From positions 992,001-1,056,000 of the forward strand of contig CAWAHW010000002.1 in the NCBI GenBank assembly GCA_963781885.1: 64,000 bases of DNA, in the 5' to 3' direction. This DNA comes from an uncultured Spirochaetota bacterium. Its GTDB lineage: Bacteria; Spirochaetota; Spirochaetia; SZUA-6; Fen-1364. Positions 30,168 through 39,416 of the stretch are shown one piece after another. The first letter of the stretch is position 1. Each line of letters begins with the position of its first letter. Below the pieces are notes generated by a model. It saw nothing but the letters and a program-made list of their open reading frames with translations. It had not been told where the DNA came from and did no database searches. The position numbers were made by a program, and so were the translations under genes.

Positions 30168-31174
30168 TTCCATTCACCTCCCCGACACCGATTCGCGACG
30201 GTTTCGGCAAGGCGCTCCTCGCCCTGGGCGCGCAAAACCCGAACGTCGTGGCGCTCACCGCGGACCTTGCGGAGGCCATCAGGGTGCATTGGTTCGCGGA
30301 AAAGTATCCCGATCGCTTCTTCGAGATGGGCCTCTCCGAGTCGGATATGATGGGCACCGCCGCGGGTCTCGCCCTCACCGGGAAGATCCCGTTTGCCACG
30401 ACGTTTGCCGTCTTTGCGACGAGCCTCGCCAACCAGGCGGTGCGCGTATCCATCGGCTACAACCGGGCGAACGTCAAGATCGTGACAAGCCATGGCGGCA
30501 TCTGCGTCGGCCCCGATGGCGCCACGCACCAGTCGTTCGAGGACATTGCGCTCATGCGGCTCATTCCCGGCATGACTGTCGTCGTCCCCTGCGACGCGCA
30601 CGAGGCATGGAAGGCCACCTTCGCGGTGGCGGAAATGGACGGCCCCGCCTACCTCAGGCTGGGAAGGATTGCGACCCCCCTCATCACCGCCGCAGACGCG
30701 GAGTTCACCCTCGGGAAAGCGGCGCTCATGCGCGAGGGAGGCGACGTGGCGATCCTCGCGTGCGGAATGGCCGTGTCAATGGCGCTGGATGCTGCGACGC
30801 TTCTTGAAACGCGTGGGCTTTCCTGCCGCGTCGTCAATATCCACACGCTGAAGCCGCTCGATGAAGAGGCCGTCAGGGAGGCGGCGGAGATCTGCGGGGC
30901 CGTGGTCACCGCCGAGGAGCACTCCACGATCGGCGGGCTGGGCGAGGCGGTGGCAGCCGCCCTCGCGCGCTCCCGCCCCACGCCGCAGGAGTTCGTGGGC
31001 GTGGCAGACACCTTTGGCGAATCGGGCGAGCCCGGGGAGATCCTGGCGAAGTACGGCCTGACGGCGGAGAAGATTGCGGAAGCGGCGCTGCGCGCCACCT
31101 CGCGAAGAAAGGTGACCCAAGGGCGGGACGGCGCGCCGGCCCGCCCTATCTCGAAACAAGGGAGGCATCCATGA
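30164..31174 (+). CDS. Transketolase, C-terminal subunit
   Basis: 'DRFFEMGLSE', 'GPDGATHQ', 'AEEHSTIGGLG'. Confidence 0.93.
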   Translation: MIPFTSPTPIRDGFGKALLALGAQNPNVVALTADLAEAIRVHWFAEKYPDRFFEMGLSESDMMGTAAGLALTGKIPFATTFAVFATSLANQAVRVSIGYNRANVKIVTSHGGICVGPDGATHQSFEDIALMRLIPGMTVVVPCDAHEAWKATFAVAEMDGPAYLRLGRIATPLITAADAEFTLGKAALMREGGDVAILACGMAVSMALDAATLLETRGLSCRVVNIHTLKPLDEEAVREAAEICGAVVTAEEHSTIGGLGEAVAAALARSRPTPQEFVGVADTFGESGEPGEILAKYGLTAEKIAEAALRATSRRKVTQGRDGAPARPISKQGRHP

Positions 31175-32379
31175 AAAAGCTGTGCACGGTCCTCATCGTC
31201 CTTGCCCTTGCGGCGGGTGTCGCGGCGGCCCAGTCCCCGACGACGGTCAGGTACTGGTATCACCTCGACGATCCGAACGCGAGCATCGACAATCTCCTCC
31301 AGAAGTTCCAGAACGAGAACCCGACGATCAAGCTCGATGCCGAGCGCGTTCCCTGGGGGAGCTACAATCAGAAGCTCATGACCGCGGTGGCAGCGGGAGA
31401 CGCGCCGGACGTCTTCGAGGTCAAGCTGTGGTGGCAGCCGCAGCTGGTGGAGATGGGCGCCCTCGCGCCGATCGACTCCTACCTGGCCAACTGGCCGCTG
31501 AAGTCCGACATCTTCGACAACGTGTGGAAGCTGTCCCGGTACACCGACGGGACGAATTACCTCATGCCCTACCAGATGGTCATCCTCTATCTCTACTACC
31601 GCACCGACCTGTTCAAGGCGGCAGGCCTTCAGCCTCCCACGACGCGGGACGAGTTCCTCGACGACGCGAAGAAGCTCACGAAGAACGGCGTCTACGGTTT
31701 CGGCATCCGCGGCGCCTCCGGCGGTCACGATTTCTGGGCCACGTTCGTTCTCTCCTCCGGGGCGCAGATCTTCGACAAGAACGGCAAGTCCGGCCTCACC
31801 ACGAAAGCGGCAATCGACGCGAACCAGTGGTACATCGACCTGTACAGAAAATGGAAGGTGAGCCCCCCCACCACGCCGTCGGACGGCTTCAAGGAGACCA
31901 TTGCGAACATGAAGTCGGGCAAGACGGCCATGACGATCCACCACTTCGGCTCATCGGCCGAGATGGAGGCCGCCCTCGGCGACAAGATCTCGGCAGTGCC
32001 GGTGCCGCGGGGCCTCATGGGAAGCTGGACGTCGTTTGGTGACGGCGACGTGGGGATCTGGAGCGGCTCCACGGTCAAGGACCAGGCGTGGAAGTTCCTC
32101 GCCTTCCTCGGGACCGCGGAGAACAATGCGCTGTGGCAGAAGGCCTCGGGGCAGGTGTCCATCAACATCTCCAACGGCCAGACCAAGGAAGCGGCATCCA
32201 ATCGTTTCATGAAAGCGACGGTGGACTCAGCCGCTTTCGCGCAGATCCTGCCGGCGGTGCCCGCCGTCAACGACTTTGTCGGTACCGTGTGGCCGGCGAC
32301 CATGCAGCGGGCATTCATGGGCGAGATCACCAGCGAACAGATGATGAAGACCTTCGAGGACCTCTTCTTCAAGAAGTAG
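31171..32379 (+). CDS. Sugar ABC transporter substrate-binding protein
   Basis: GGGAGG RBS, signal peptide, 'AAGDAPDV', 'LYYRTDLFKAAGL.PP.T'. Confidence 0.92.
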   Translation: MKKLCTVLIVLALAAGVAAAQSPTTVRYWYHLDDPNASIDNLLQKFQNENPTIKLDAERVPWGSYNQKLMTAVAAGDAPDVFEVKLWWQPQLVEMGALAPIDSYLANWPLKSDIFDNVWKLSRYTDGTNYLMPYQMVILYLYYRTDLFKAAGLQPPTTRDEFLDDAKKLTKNGVYGFGIRGASGGHDFWATFVLSSGAQIFDKNGKSGLTTKAAIDANQWYIDLYRKWKVSPPTTPSDGFKETIANMKSGKTAMTIHHFGSSAEMEAALGDKISAVPVPRGLMGSWTSFGDGDVGIWSGSTVKDQAWKFLAFLGTAENNALWQKASGQVSINISNGQTKEAASNRFMKATVDSAAFAQILPAVPAVNDFVGTVWPATMQRAFMGEITSEQMMKTFEDLFFKK

Positions 32380-32441
32380 AGGTTTCACCGGGGGCGCTTG
32401 TCTCACGAGCGCCCCCTTGTCTGTTCCGAAAGGGAAGACGC

Positions 32442-33332
32442 GTGCGCAATCCCCGCACACGGACCGCTATCCTGCCGTACGTCCTCCTCTCTCCCGCGGT
32501 CATTGCGACGCTTCTCGTCGTCTTCGTGCCCATCGTCCAGGCGGCGTCGTACAGCATGATGAACTTCATCCTCTGGAAGCCCAAGGCGAAGGGATTCATA
32601 TTCCTGGGGAACTACGCGGCCCTCCTTTCGGACCCCGTGTTCTGGATCTCTCTGAAGAACAGCCTCGTGTGGATTGTGGGAGTGGTCATCCTGCAGCTCC
32701 TCCTGGGTCTCGGGACCGCCCTTCTCCTGAACCGCGAGTTTCTCTGGCGCGGCGTCGCGCGGGCGCTCATCCTGATCCCCTGGGTGACGCCGAGCGTCAT
32801 CACGGCGCTCATGTGGCGCTGGATGTACGACGGGAACGCCGGTGTCATCAACGACCTCCTGGTCCGTGTCGGCATCCTGCACGAATACTTTCCGTTCCTT
32901 GCGAATGGGAAGACCGCGCTGCCCGCAATCATGGTTGCCCTCATGTGGCAAGGCTTCCCCTTTTTCGCCATCATGATCCTTGCGGGCCTTCAGGCCATTC
33001 CCCTGGAGCTCTACGAGGCGGCCGAGGTGGATGGCGCTGGACCGGGGCGCAAGTTTCTGCGCATCACACTGCCGATGCTCGTGCCGGTGCTGCTCACCGC
33101 AATACTCCTGCGGATCATCTGGGTGGCAAACTCCCTGGACATCATCTTCATCATGACGGAGGGCGGGCCCGGCTACTCCACCTATACGCTGCCCCTGTAC
33201 TCCTACCTCAAGGCGTACAAGGGCATGGACTTCGGCTACGCCTCCGCGCTCGCCGTCATGATCACGATCCTCCTCGCCGTCGTGGTGGCCTTCTACGTTG
33301 CGCGGACCGTCCGCTCGGAGGACCAGCTGTGA
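32442..33332 (+). CDS. Sugar ABC transporter permease (MalF-type)
   Basis: 'LYEAAEVDGA', 'MTEGGPG'; GTG start inferred. Confidence 0.92.
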   Translation: MRNPRTRTAILPYVLLSPAVIATLLVVFVPIVQAASYSMMNFILWKPKAKGFIFLGNYAALLSDPVFWISLKNSLVWIVGVVILQLLLGLGTALLLNREFLWRGVARALILIPWVTPSVITALMWRWMYDGNAGVINDLLVRVGILHEYFPFLANGKTALPAIMVALMWQGFPFFAIMILAGLQAIPLELYEAAEVDGAGPGRKFLRITLPMLVPVLLTAILLRIIWVANSLDIIFIMTEGGPGYSTYTLPLYSYLKAYKGMDFGYASALAVMITILLAVVVAFYVARTVRSEDQL

Positions 33333-34165
33333 AGGCCGAACGCTCGTTCCTTCGAAGGCTTTTCACGCTCCATCTGCCGCTGCTGCTCATCCTTGCCTTC
33401 GCGCTCGGGCCCTACATCTGGAGCTTTCTCACCGCAATCACCCCCGAGGCGGAGCTCGACGTGAAAGGGGTTTCCTATTTCCCCGAGCATCCGACCACGA
33501 TCAACTTCCAGCGCCTCTTCGGCGCCATCAATTTCCTCGCCAACATGCGCGACAGCTTCATCGTGTCCGCCTCCACGATGGTCGTGGGCCTGGGGATCAC
33601 AATCACCGCCGCCTACGCGTTCTCCCGATTCCGTTTTCGCGGCAGGGGCTTCTTTCTCGTCCAGTTCCTCGCGATCAACATGTTCCCCGTGGTGCTCCTC
33701 CTCATCCCCCTGTTCATGATCGCGAAGGTGGTGGGGATCATGGACCACTACATCGCGCTCGTCATTGCCTACTCCACCTTCACCATCCCTTTCTCGGTCT
33801 GGATGATGACGGGCTTCTTCAACGCGATACCTCGCGAGCTGGACGAAGCGGCCCAGATCGACGGATGCACGCAAGTCTCGGCCATGTGGCGCGTGATCAT
33901 CCCGGTGGCGAGGCCGGGCATCGCGGCGACCGGCATCTACGTCTTCATCACGGCCTGGAACGAGTTCCTCTACGCGGTGATGCTCACCAGCCGGCACGTG
34001 CGCACCATCACCGTCGCGCTGCAGAACATGATCGGCGAGTACAAGATCGAGTGGGGTCTTCTCAACGCCGGCGGGGTGGTGAGCGCCTTGCCGGTGCTCA
34101 TCCTCTTCTTCTTTGTCCAGAAACAGCTCATTCACGGGATGACCGCAGGGTCGGTCAAAGGATAG
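33329..34165 (+). CDS. Sugar ABC transporter permease (MalG-type)
   Basis: 'IPRELDEAAQIDG', 'GMTAGSVKG'; GTGA overlap. Confidence 0.92.
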   Translation: MKAERSFLRRLFTLHLPLLLILAFALGPYIWSFLTAITPEAELDVKGVSYFPEHPTTINFQRLFGAINFLANMRDSFIVSASTMVVGLGITITAAYAFSRFRFRGRGFFLVQFLAINMFPVVLLLIPLFMIAKVVGIMDHYIALVIAYSTFTIPFSVWMMTGFFNAIPRELDEAAQIDGCTQVSAMWRVIIPVARPGIAATGIYVFITAWNEFLYAVMLTSRHVRTITVALQNMIGEYKIEWGLLNAGGVVSALPVLILFFFVQKQLIHGMTAGSVKG

Positions 34166-34173
34166 GGGCGCTC

Positions 34174-34593
34174 ATGCAGGGAAGCTACACCAGGGAGCAC
34201 GACGGCGAGGGGTTGGCGCGCGTCTACGAGAACGGGGCATGGATGGTAGGGCTCAAGAACTACAAGCCCGCCAACGACGCACGCCTCTTCAATGAGATCG
34301 AGCGCCACCGGCAGAGCGACGAGCTGTTTCTCCTCCTCGCGGGCTCCTGCGTGCTGCTCTCCGCTTTCGAGCAGAACGGTGCGCTCAACTTCGAGGCGCA
34401 GGCCATGCGCGCCGGCCTCCTGTCGGTGATCCCGGCGGGGCTCTGGCACACGACCATCACGGAGCCCGGCTCACGGCTTGCCCTCATTGAGGACCCGAAT
34501 ACCGGACCCGCCAACAGCGACGTGCGCGTGCTCTCCGCCGCGGAGCTGGAGCTCGCGCGGAAGGCGATCGCCGCGGCAGCCGGACGGACGTAA
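34174..34593 (+). CDS. Cupin-fold protein
   Basis: Cupin-like motifs 'ERHRQSDELFLLLAG' and 'IPAGLWH'. Confidence 0.75.
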   Translation: MQGSYTREHDGEGLARVYENGAWMVGLKNYKPANDARLFNEIERHRQSDELFLLLAGSCVLLSAFEQNGALNFEAQAMRAGLLSVIPAGLWHTTITEPGSRLALIEDPNTGPANSDVRVLSAAELELARKAIAAAAGRT

Positions 34594-34673
34594 TCGCATC
34601 ATCTTCTTTCGGTAGGCGGCTCATCGATGATTTGAACGATCGGACGTCGTGGGTCGGCTATTGAGGAAATAGA

Positions 34674-34759
34674 TGCCGGAGACGGGGGTCGAACCCGTAC
34701 GCCCCTTGCGAAGCAGAGGATTTTAAGTCCTCTGTGTCTGCCAGTTCCACCACTCCGGC
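34674..34759 (-). tRNA. tRNA-Leu (anticodon UAA), CCA not encoded
   Basis: GCCGGAG acceptor stem, anticodon arm GAGGA-CTTAAAA-TCCTC, long variable arm, GGTTCGA T-loop. Confidence 0.97.
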
Positions 34760-35025
34760 CTTCCACGGTACCCGTGGAGTTCATTGATGCGAAGGCTCGG
34801 CCGCCATGGAGGGCGGCAGGCCGAGCAGGCCTTCCTCGGGCCTCGTTTCGTGCATCCGCGGCCACCGACCCGGTGGCATTCCATGCACTCCTCGGCCCTC
34901 GCCATCCATGACGAGGGTACCCCGCGGAGCTCAAGGACGAACGCGAGGCGCGTTCCTCAGTCGGTCCTTCCCTGCGCGGGTGGAGGCGCGGGCCTTCCGC
35001 GTTGGGCGTGGCCTTTCCACGCCGA
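34760..35025 (-). repeat. Hairpin-dense region upstream of tRNA-Leu (chain of palindromes)
   Basis: About 8 consecutive inverted repeats, e.g. CCACGG-TAC-CCGTGG, GCCACCG-ACC-CGGTGGC, GAACGCG-AGG-CGCGTTC, GGCGTGG-CCTTT-CCACGCC. Confidence 0.6.
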
Positions 35026-35036
35026 TTTTCGAAAAA

Positions 35037-35066
35037 AGCGTATCGTTTTGCCGCCCGTCGAGTCAA
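35037..35066 (-). promoter_or_regulatory. Putative sigma70 promoter for the tRNA-Leu transcript
   Basis: Minus strand TTGACT-18 nt-TACGCT. Confidence 0.45.
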
Positions 35067-35109
35067 GACAATCAGGTCGGGAGCCGAACATAGACTGAGG
35101 ATTTTCCCG

Positions 35110-35943
35110 ATGATGGGCAGGCTTGCACATGCATGTTTCCTCACTTTTTTCCTGATGGCCGCAACAGGTCTGTTTGCGGCGGACGCGGAGTACACGATCA
35201 AAGAGGGCGACACGCTCTTTTCGGTCGCGCGCAGGCTGCAAGTCCCCGTGGATCTCCTGAGCAGAATGAATGGCATCACGGATGCCGGGAGGGTGAAGGC
35301 AGGCACCGTGCTGAAGGTTCCCCTGGTCTACACGGTGAAGAAGGGCGACACGCTGTACGGCATCGCTCGTCAATTCTCCATCTCCCTCGCGAGCCTGATG
35401 GACGCGAACGGCTTTGCGGAACAGGCAAAATTGAAGGTGGGCGAGAAGCTTTCCATCCCCGCAGCGGGGGAAAGCGCGCCTTCCGTCGATCAGCAGGCAA
35501 CGGGCGGAAATCCGCCACCGGTCGTCTCCGCCCCCCCGGCAGGGACGGATGCGGCCCCTGTCGCGCGCGTGGCTGGGAGCTTTGTCTGGCCGCTCACCGG
35601 CAAGCGCGAGCCGGAGAGCGGCAAGCTGCCGGGGATTGTTTTTTACGGCGCCGCGGGAGACGTCGTGCACTCCGCCACCGCCGGGGAGGTCAAGTGGGCG
35701 GCGACATTCTGGGGCCGCGGGAAGATCATCATCGTCAAACAGGCTGACGGGACGCTGCTCACGTACAGCGGGAATCGGGAGATCCTCGTGAACGTCGGCG
35801 ACCGCGTCAGCGCGGGAAGCGAGATTGCGCGGCTGGGAGACAGCCCCGAGGGAGGGGGCGTGAGGCTGCACCTCAGCATCCAGGACGCGAGCGGGCATGT
35901 CGTGGATCCGGAGAAGTACTTCTCCGCGAAGAGTTCGTCATGA
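35110..35943 (+). CDS. LysM x2 + degenerate M23 peptidase-domain protein (NlpD-like)
   Basis: Two 'YT(I/V)KxGDTL' LysM repeats, 'FVWPL', M23-like C-terminus lacking HxxxD and HxH (KLPGIVF; RLH). Confidence 0.85.
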   Translation: MMGRLAHACFLTFFLMAATGLFAADAEYTIKEGDTLFSVARRLQVPVDLLSRMNGITDAGRVKAGTVLKVPLVYTVKKGDTLYGIARQFSISLASLMDANGFAEQAKLKVGEKLSIPAAGESAPSVDQQATGGNPPPVVSAPPAGTDAAPVARVAGSFVWPLTGKREPESGKLPGIVFYGAAGDVVHSATAGEVKWAATFWGRGKIIIVKQADGTLLTYSGNREILVNVGDRVSAGSEIARLGDSPEGGGVRLHLSIQDASGHVVDPEKYFSAKSSS

Positions 35944-35953
35944 AAGGGTGTAT

Positions 35954-37039
35954 ATGGGAAGGCACCTCGAAAAGCAAAGGGCAGGAAGCCCACCGCGGGC
36001 GGGTTCGGGAATAAGAACTTCCTCCTCCGACGTCGAGCCGGCGGATCATCGCCTGGGCGGCTACCGGGAAAGCACCGCCGCAATCATGGACGGCCCGCGC
36101 CAAGTCGACGCTGCCGAAGAGAAGGACCTCCTCGCCCTCTACATCCGCCAGATCGCCCGCTATCCCCTCCTCACGGGACAGGACGAGCAGGCCATCGGCG
36201 CTGCGATCCAGGCCGCGCGCGACGAGCTTGCCGGTCTGGAGGCCAAGGCGGCCGCCTGCAAGGTGCCGCGCAGATCGTACCTCCGGCGAAAAGCGGAGAT
36301 GGAGCACGAGATCGGCCAGCAAAAGAACCGGCTGATCCTGGGCAATCTGCGGCTCGTGGTCTCCGTGGCGAAAAAATACCAGCATCGCGGCGTCTCCCTG
36401 CTTGACCTCATCGATGAGGGCAATATCGGGCTTATCGAGGCAGTCGAGCGGTTCGACTACCGCAAGGGCTGCCGGTTTTCGACGTACGGAACCTGGTGGA
36501 TCAAGCAGGCGGTGATCAAGGCGCTCGCGGAGAACGGGAAGGCCATCAAGATCCCGATCCACCTCCTCAACACGATCAAGAAATGCTTCTCCATTGCGCG
36601 CCAGCTCACCCAGGAGCTTGGCCGTGAGCCCAGCAACGCGGAGATCGCGGATTACCTGCGCATTTCCAAGACCCGGGTGGAGGAGCTCATCAGCCTGTCA
36701 TGGGACCCGACCTCCCTGGACACGCCGATCGCCGGGGAAAACCCGACGCGGCTTGCCGACCTCATCCGTGACGACATGTCGGAGAAGCCATTCGAGTCAG
36801 CCTTTGCCCTGGCCCTCCACGATACCCTCATGATGGTCCTGGACAAGCTGAACGAGCGGGAGATGCGCATCATCAAGCTGCGTTTCGGATTGGACGGGGA
36901 GGGGCCTTTCACGCTGGAGGAGACGGGGAAAATACTCGGCATCACCCGGGAACGGGTCCGCCAGATCCAGGAGCGGGCCATCGTGAAGCTCAAACAGCTG
37001 CGCGTGTCGAGCGAGCTTGAAACATTCATCCAGGAATGA
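35954..37039 (+). CDS. Sigma-70 family group 2 (RpoS/RpoD-like) sigma factor; start uncertain
   Basis: '[12 protein letters not shown]', '[19 protein letters not shown]', '[12 protein letters not shown]', '[20 protein letters not shown]'; no region 1.1. Confidence 0.92.
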   Translation: MGRHLEKQRAGSPPRAGSGIRTSSSDVEPADHRLGGYRESTAAIMDGPRQVDAAEEKDLLALYIRQIARYPLLTGQDEQAIGAAIQAARDELAGLEAKAAACKVPRRSYLRRKAEMEHEIGQQKNRLILGNLRLVVSVAKKYQHRGVSLLDLIDEGNIGLIEAVERFDYRKGCRFSTYGTWWIKQAVIKALAENGKAIKIPIHLLNTIKKCFSIARQLTQELGREPSNAEIADYLRISKTRVEELISLSWDPTSLDTPIAGENPTRLADLIRDDMSEKPFESAFALALHDTLMMVLDKLNEREMRIIKLRFGLDGEGPFTLEETGKILGITRERVRQIQERAIVKLKQLRVSSELETFIQE

Positions 37040-37063
37040 TGCGCCCGTCGAACGGCGGCAACC

Positions 37064-37092
37064 TTGACACGGGGTGGGACCGCTTCTACAAT
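37064..37092 (+). promoter_or_regulatory. Sigma70 promoter of the amidohydrolase-cNMP operon
   Basis: TTGACA-17 nt-TACAAT, near consensus. Confidence 0.8.
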
Positions 37093-37118
37093 AGCTTCGG
37101 TTATACGAAGGAAGATGC

Positions 37119-38354
37119 ATGCTCACCACCTACTCCTTGAGCGGTCTCACCGTGGTCACGCCCGCTTCCGCGCTGCCCGGCAGCAGCATCCAGGTGGACC
37201 AGAAAAAGCTGGGGCGCCTGGAGGGGAAAAGCAAATTTGACCTTCGCTTCGGGGACGGTTTCGTCGCCTTCCCCGCTCTTATCAATATTCACGATCACTT
37301 CAACGGCAACTACCTTCCAAAAGTAGGCCCCCCACCCGGGGAGTTCTACATCAACTGGGCAACCTGGGACCGGGATCTGAAGAACTCCGACGTGATCAAG
37401 GTGGAGCGCGCCCGCACGAGCGTGGAGGAAAGGTATTTCCTCAGCGCCTACAAGAACATCTTCTCCGGCGTCGTGACGGCCAACGACCATTTCCCGCACG
37501 AATACAACGAGCCCTTGATACCGCGGCTGCCCATGAGGACGATCAGGAACTACACGCTGTCGCACGCCTGCTCGTCGTTCGACCTGCGGTGGGGCGACGG
37601 ATTCGAGATCGAGCACGCGCGCGCGAAAAAGATGAACTTCCCCTTCATCACGCACCTGGAGGAGGGCTTTGACCCGGAGACCCAGGGGGGCATCGAAACG
37701 CTGGAGGCGTCGGGCTGCCTCGACGATCACACGGTGATGATCCACTGCATCGGCTTCTCCGATGAGGACATCGTGAAGGTCGCCCGGGCGGGGGCGCACG
37801 TGGCGTGGTGCGCGAACTCGAATATCTTCATGTTCAACGTCACCTGCAAGATCAAGAAGATGCTCGAGGCGGGCGTCAACGTCTCCATCGGCACGGATTC
37901 AACGGCCACGGGTTCCGTCAACATCCTGGAGGAGATGCGGTTCGACCGGGAAACCTACCGCAGCATGTACGGAGAAGACCTCGCGGCACGGACGCTCGTC
38001 GACATGGTGACCGTCAATCCGGCAAAGGCGTTTCGGATGCAGAAGGAAACGGGGAGCCTGGTGGAAGGGAAGCTCGCCGACATCCTCATCATCCGCCAGC
38101 AGAAGGACGATCCGTGGGAATCGCTCCTGGCGACCCTGCCGGAGGACATCGAGCTGCTCGTGCAGGACGGGTCGCCGCTGTACGGGAGCGCCGCGCATGA
38201 GGCCCTTTTTACCGAACGCGGCGTCGCCTTCACAAAAATCACCGTCCGGGGCCGCCCGATGCTGGTCAAGGGCGATCCCGCGGGCCTGATGGAGCGCGTG
38301 CGCAAGGCCGTCGGCTTCCGCAAGGTCCTTGACTTCATCCCCCTGGATACCTAG
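37119..38354 (+). CDS. Metal-dependent amidohydrolase (deaminase-like)
   Basis: 'PALINIHDH', 'THLEEG', 'IHC', 'IGTDS', 'GSLVEGKLADI'. Confidence 0.88.
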   Translation: MLTTYSLSGLTVVTPASALPGSSIQVDQKKLGRLEGKSKFDLRFGDGFVAFPALINIHDHFNGNYLPKVGPPPGEFYINWATWDRDLKNSDVIKVERARTSVEERYFLSAYKNIFSGVVTANDHFPHEYNEPLIPRLPMRTIRNYTLSHACSSFDLRWGDGFEIEHARAKKMNFPFITHLEEGFDPETQGGIETLEASGCLDDHTVMIHCIGFSDEDIVKVARAGAHVAWCANSNIFMFNVTCKIKKMLEAGVNVSIGTDSTATGSVNILEEMRFDRETYRSMYGEDLAARTLVDMVTVNPAKAFRMQKETGSLVEGKLADILIIRQQKDDPWESLLATLPEDIELLVQDGSPLYGSAAHEALFTERGVAFTKITVRGRPMLVKGDPAGLMERVRKAVGFRKVLDFIPLDT

Positions 38355-38378
38355 GGTTCACTGAGGAGCGGACGGAAA

Positions 38379-39416
38379 GTGTCGCCCAAGGCCGTACAAT
38401 ACCGAGCCAACTCGATCATCTACTTCAAGGGGGACCAGAGCGAACGCATCTTCCTCCTGAACTCGGGGAAGGTCAGCCTGAGCTACGTCGACATCGAGAC
38501 GGGCCAGGAAATACGCGACATGATCAAGATGGGCGAGTTCTTCGGCGTCAAGTCGGCCCTCGGGCGCTACATGCGGGAAGAGACGGCGGTCGTCCAGCAG
38601 GACGCCACGGTCATGGTCTTCTCAGTTCCCGAGTTCGAGCAGCTGGCATCCAAGAACACGCGCATCATCACGAAGATGCTGAAGGTGTTTTCCAACCAGC
38701 TCCGCCGCATCCACCGGCAGGTCCAGAACCTCATGGTCTCCGACGAGCAGGTCAACCCCGAGACGGGCCTCTACAAGATCGGGGAATACTACCTGGCGAA
38801 CAAGCGCTACGGGCAGGCCCTGCACGCCTATAAGCGTTATCTCGTGTACTACCCGTCCGGGACGTATGCCACGGATGCCGCCAACAAGCTCGCCCAGGCG
38901 GAGGAATTCCTTTCCCGCTATGGGTCGGGCGTCCCCGCGAGCTCCGCCGCGCCGGTTGCGCCATCCGGCGCCGCTCCCGCGCGTTCTGTCGCCCCCGCAC
39001 CGCAGCCGGCCGCCGGCGGAGACACGTCGGACGTTGCCCAGCAGTACTACAACGCCGTGAGTCTCGTGAGCCAGGAGAAGTACCTGGATGCCTTCAAGGC
39101 GTTCAAGAAGATACTGGAGGGCGGGCCGGATGCGGAGTACTCCGCGAAGACCGAGTTCGAGATGGCGAAGTGCCTCTTTTACCTGAAGCAATACGACAAC
39201 TGCATCAAGTCCTTCACCGCGATCGCCCAGAAGTTCCCCAAGCATCCCGAGATGAAGGACGCCCTGTTCTTCGTCGGCCGCTCCTACGAGGAGAAAGGGG
39301 ACAAGGGGAAGGCCGCGGGACTCTACAAGAAGATCATCAGCATGGGCCCTGAGGACGATCCGGTGATCCGCAAGGTGCGCAAGGCTTTGCGCACGATGGA
39401 AGGTGAGAAGGGATGA
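38379..39416 (+). CDS. Cyclic-nucleotide-binding domain + TPR-repeat protein
   Basis: 'IYFKGDQSERIFLLNSGKV', 'GEFFGVKSAL..R.ETA', then TPRs ('LYKIGEYY', 'ALFFVGRSYE'). Confidence 0.85.
   Translation: MSPKAVQYRANSIIYFKGDQSERIFLLNSGKVSLSYVDIETGQEIRDMIKMGEFFGVKSALGRYMREETAVVQQDATVMVFSVPEFEQLASKNTRIITKMLKVFSNQLRRIHRQVQNLMVSDEQVNPETGLYKIGEYYLANKRYGQALHAYKRYLVYYPSGTYATDAANKLAQAEEFLSRYGSGVPASSAAPVAPSGAAPARSVAPAPQPAAGGDTSDVAQQYYNAVSLVSQEKYLDAFKAFKKILEGGPDAEYSAKTEFEMAKCLFYLKQYDNCIKSFTAIAQKFPKHPEMKDALFFVGRSYEEKGDKGKAAGLYKKIISMGPEDDPVIRKVRKALRTMEGEKG

Larger units (their letters stand above)
370..34727. mobile_element. Putative degenerate genomic island (about 34 kb, carbohydrate utilisation) integrated at tRNA-Leu(UAA)
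   Basis: Flanked by direct repeats of the tRNA 3' half; cargo is entirely accessory sugar genes; no integrase visible. Confidence 0.65.

Noticed and set aside
34925-34965. CUGAGGA plus stem on the minus strand as a hammerhead ribozyme core
   Set aside because: The required GAAA does not follow stem II
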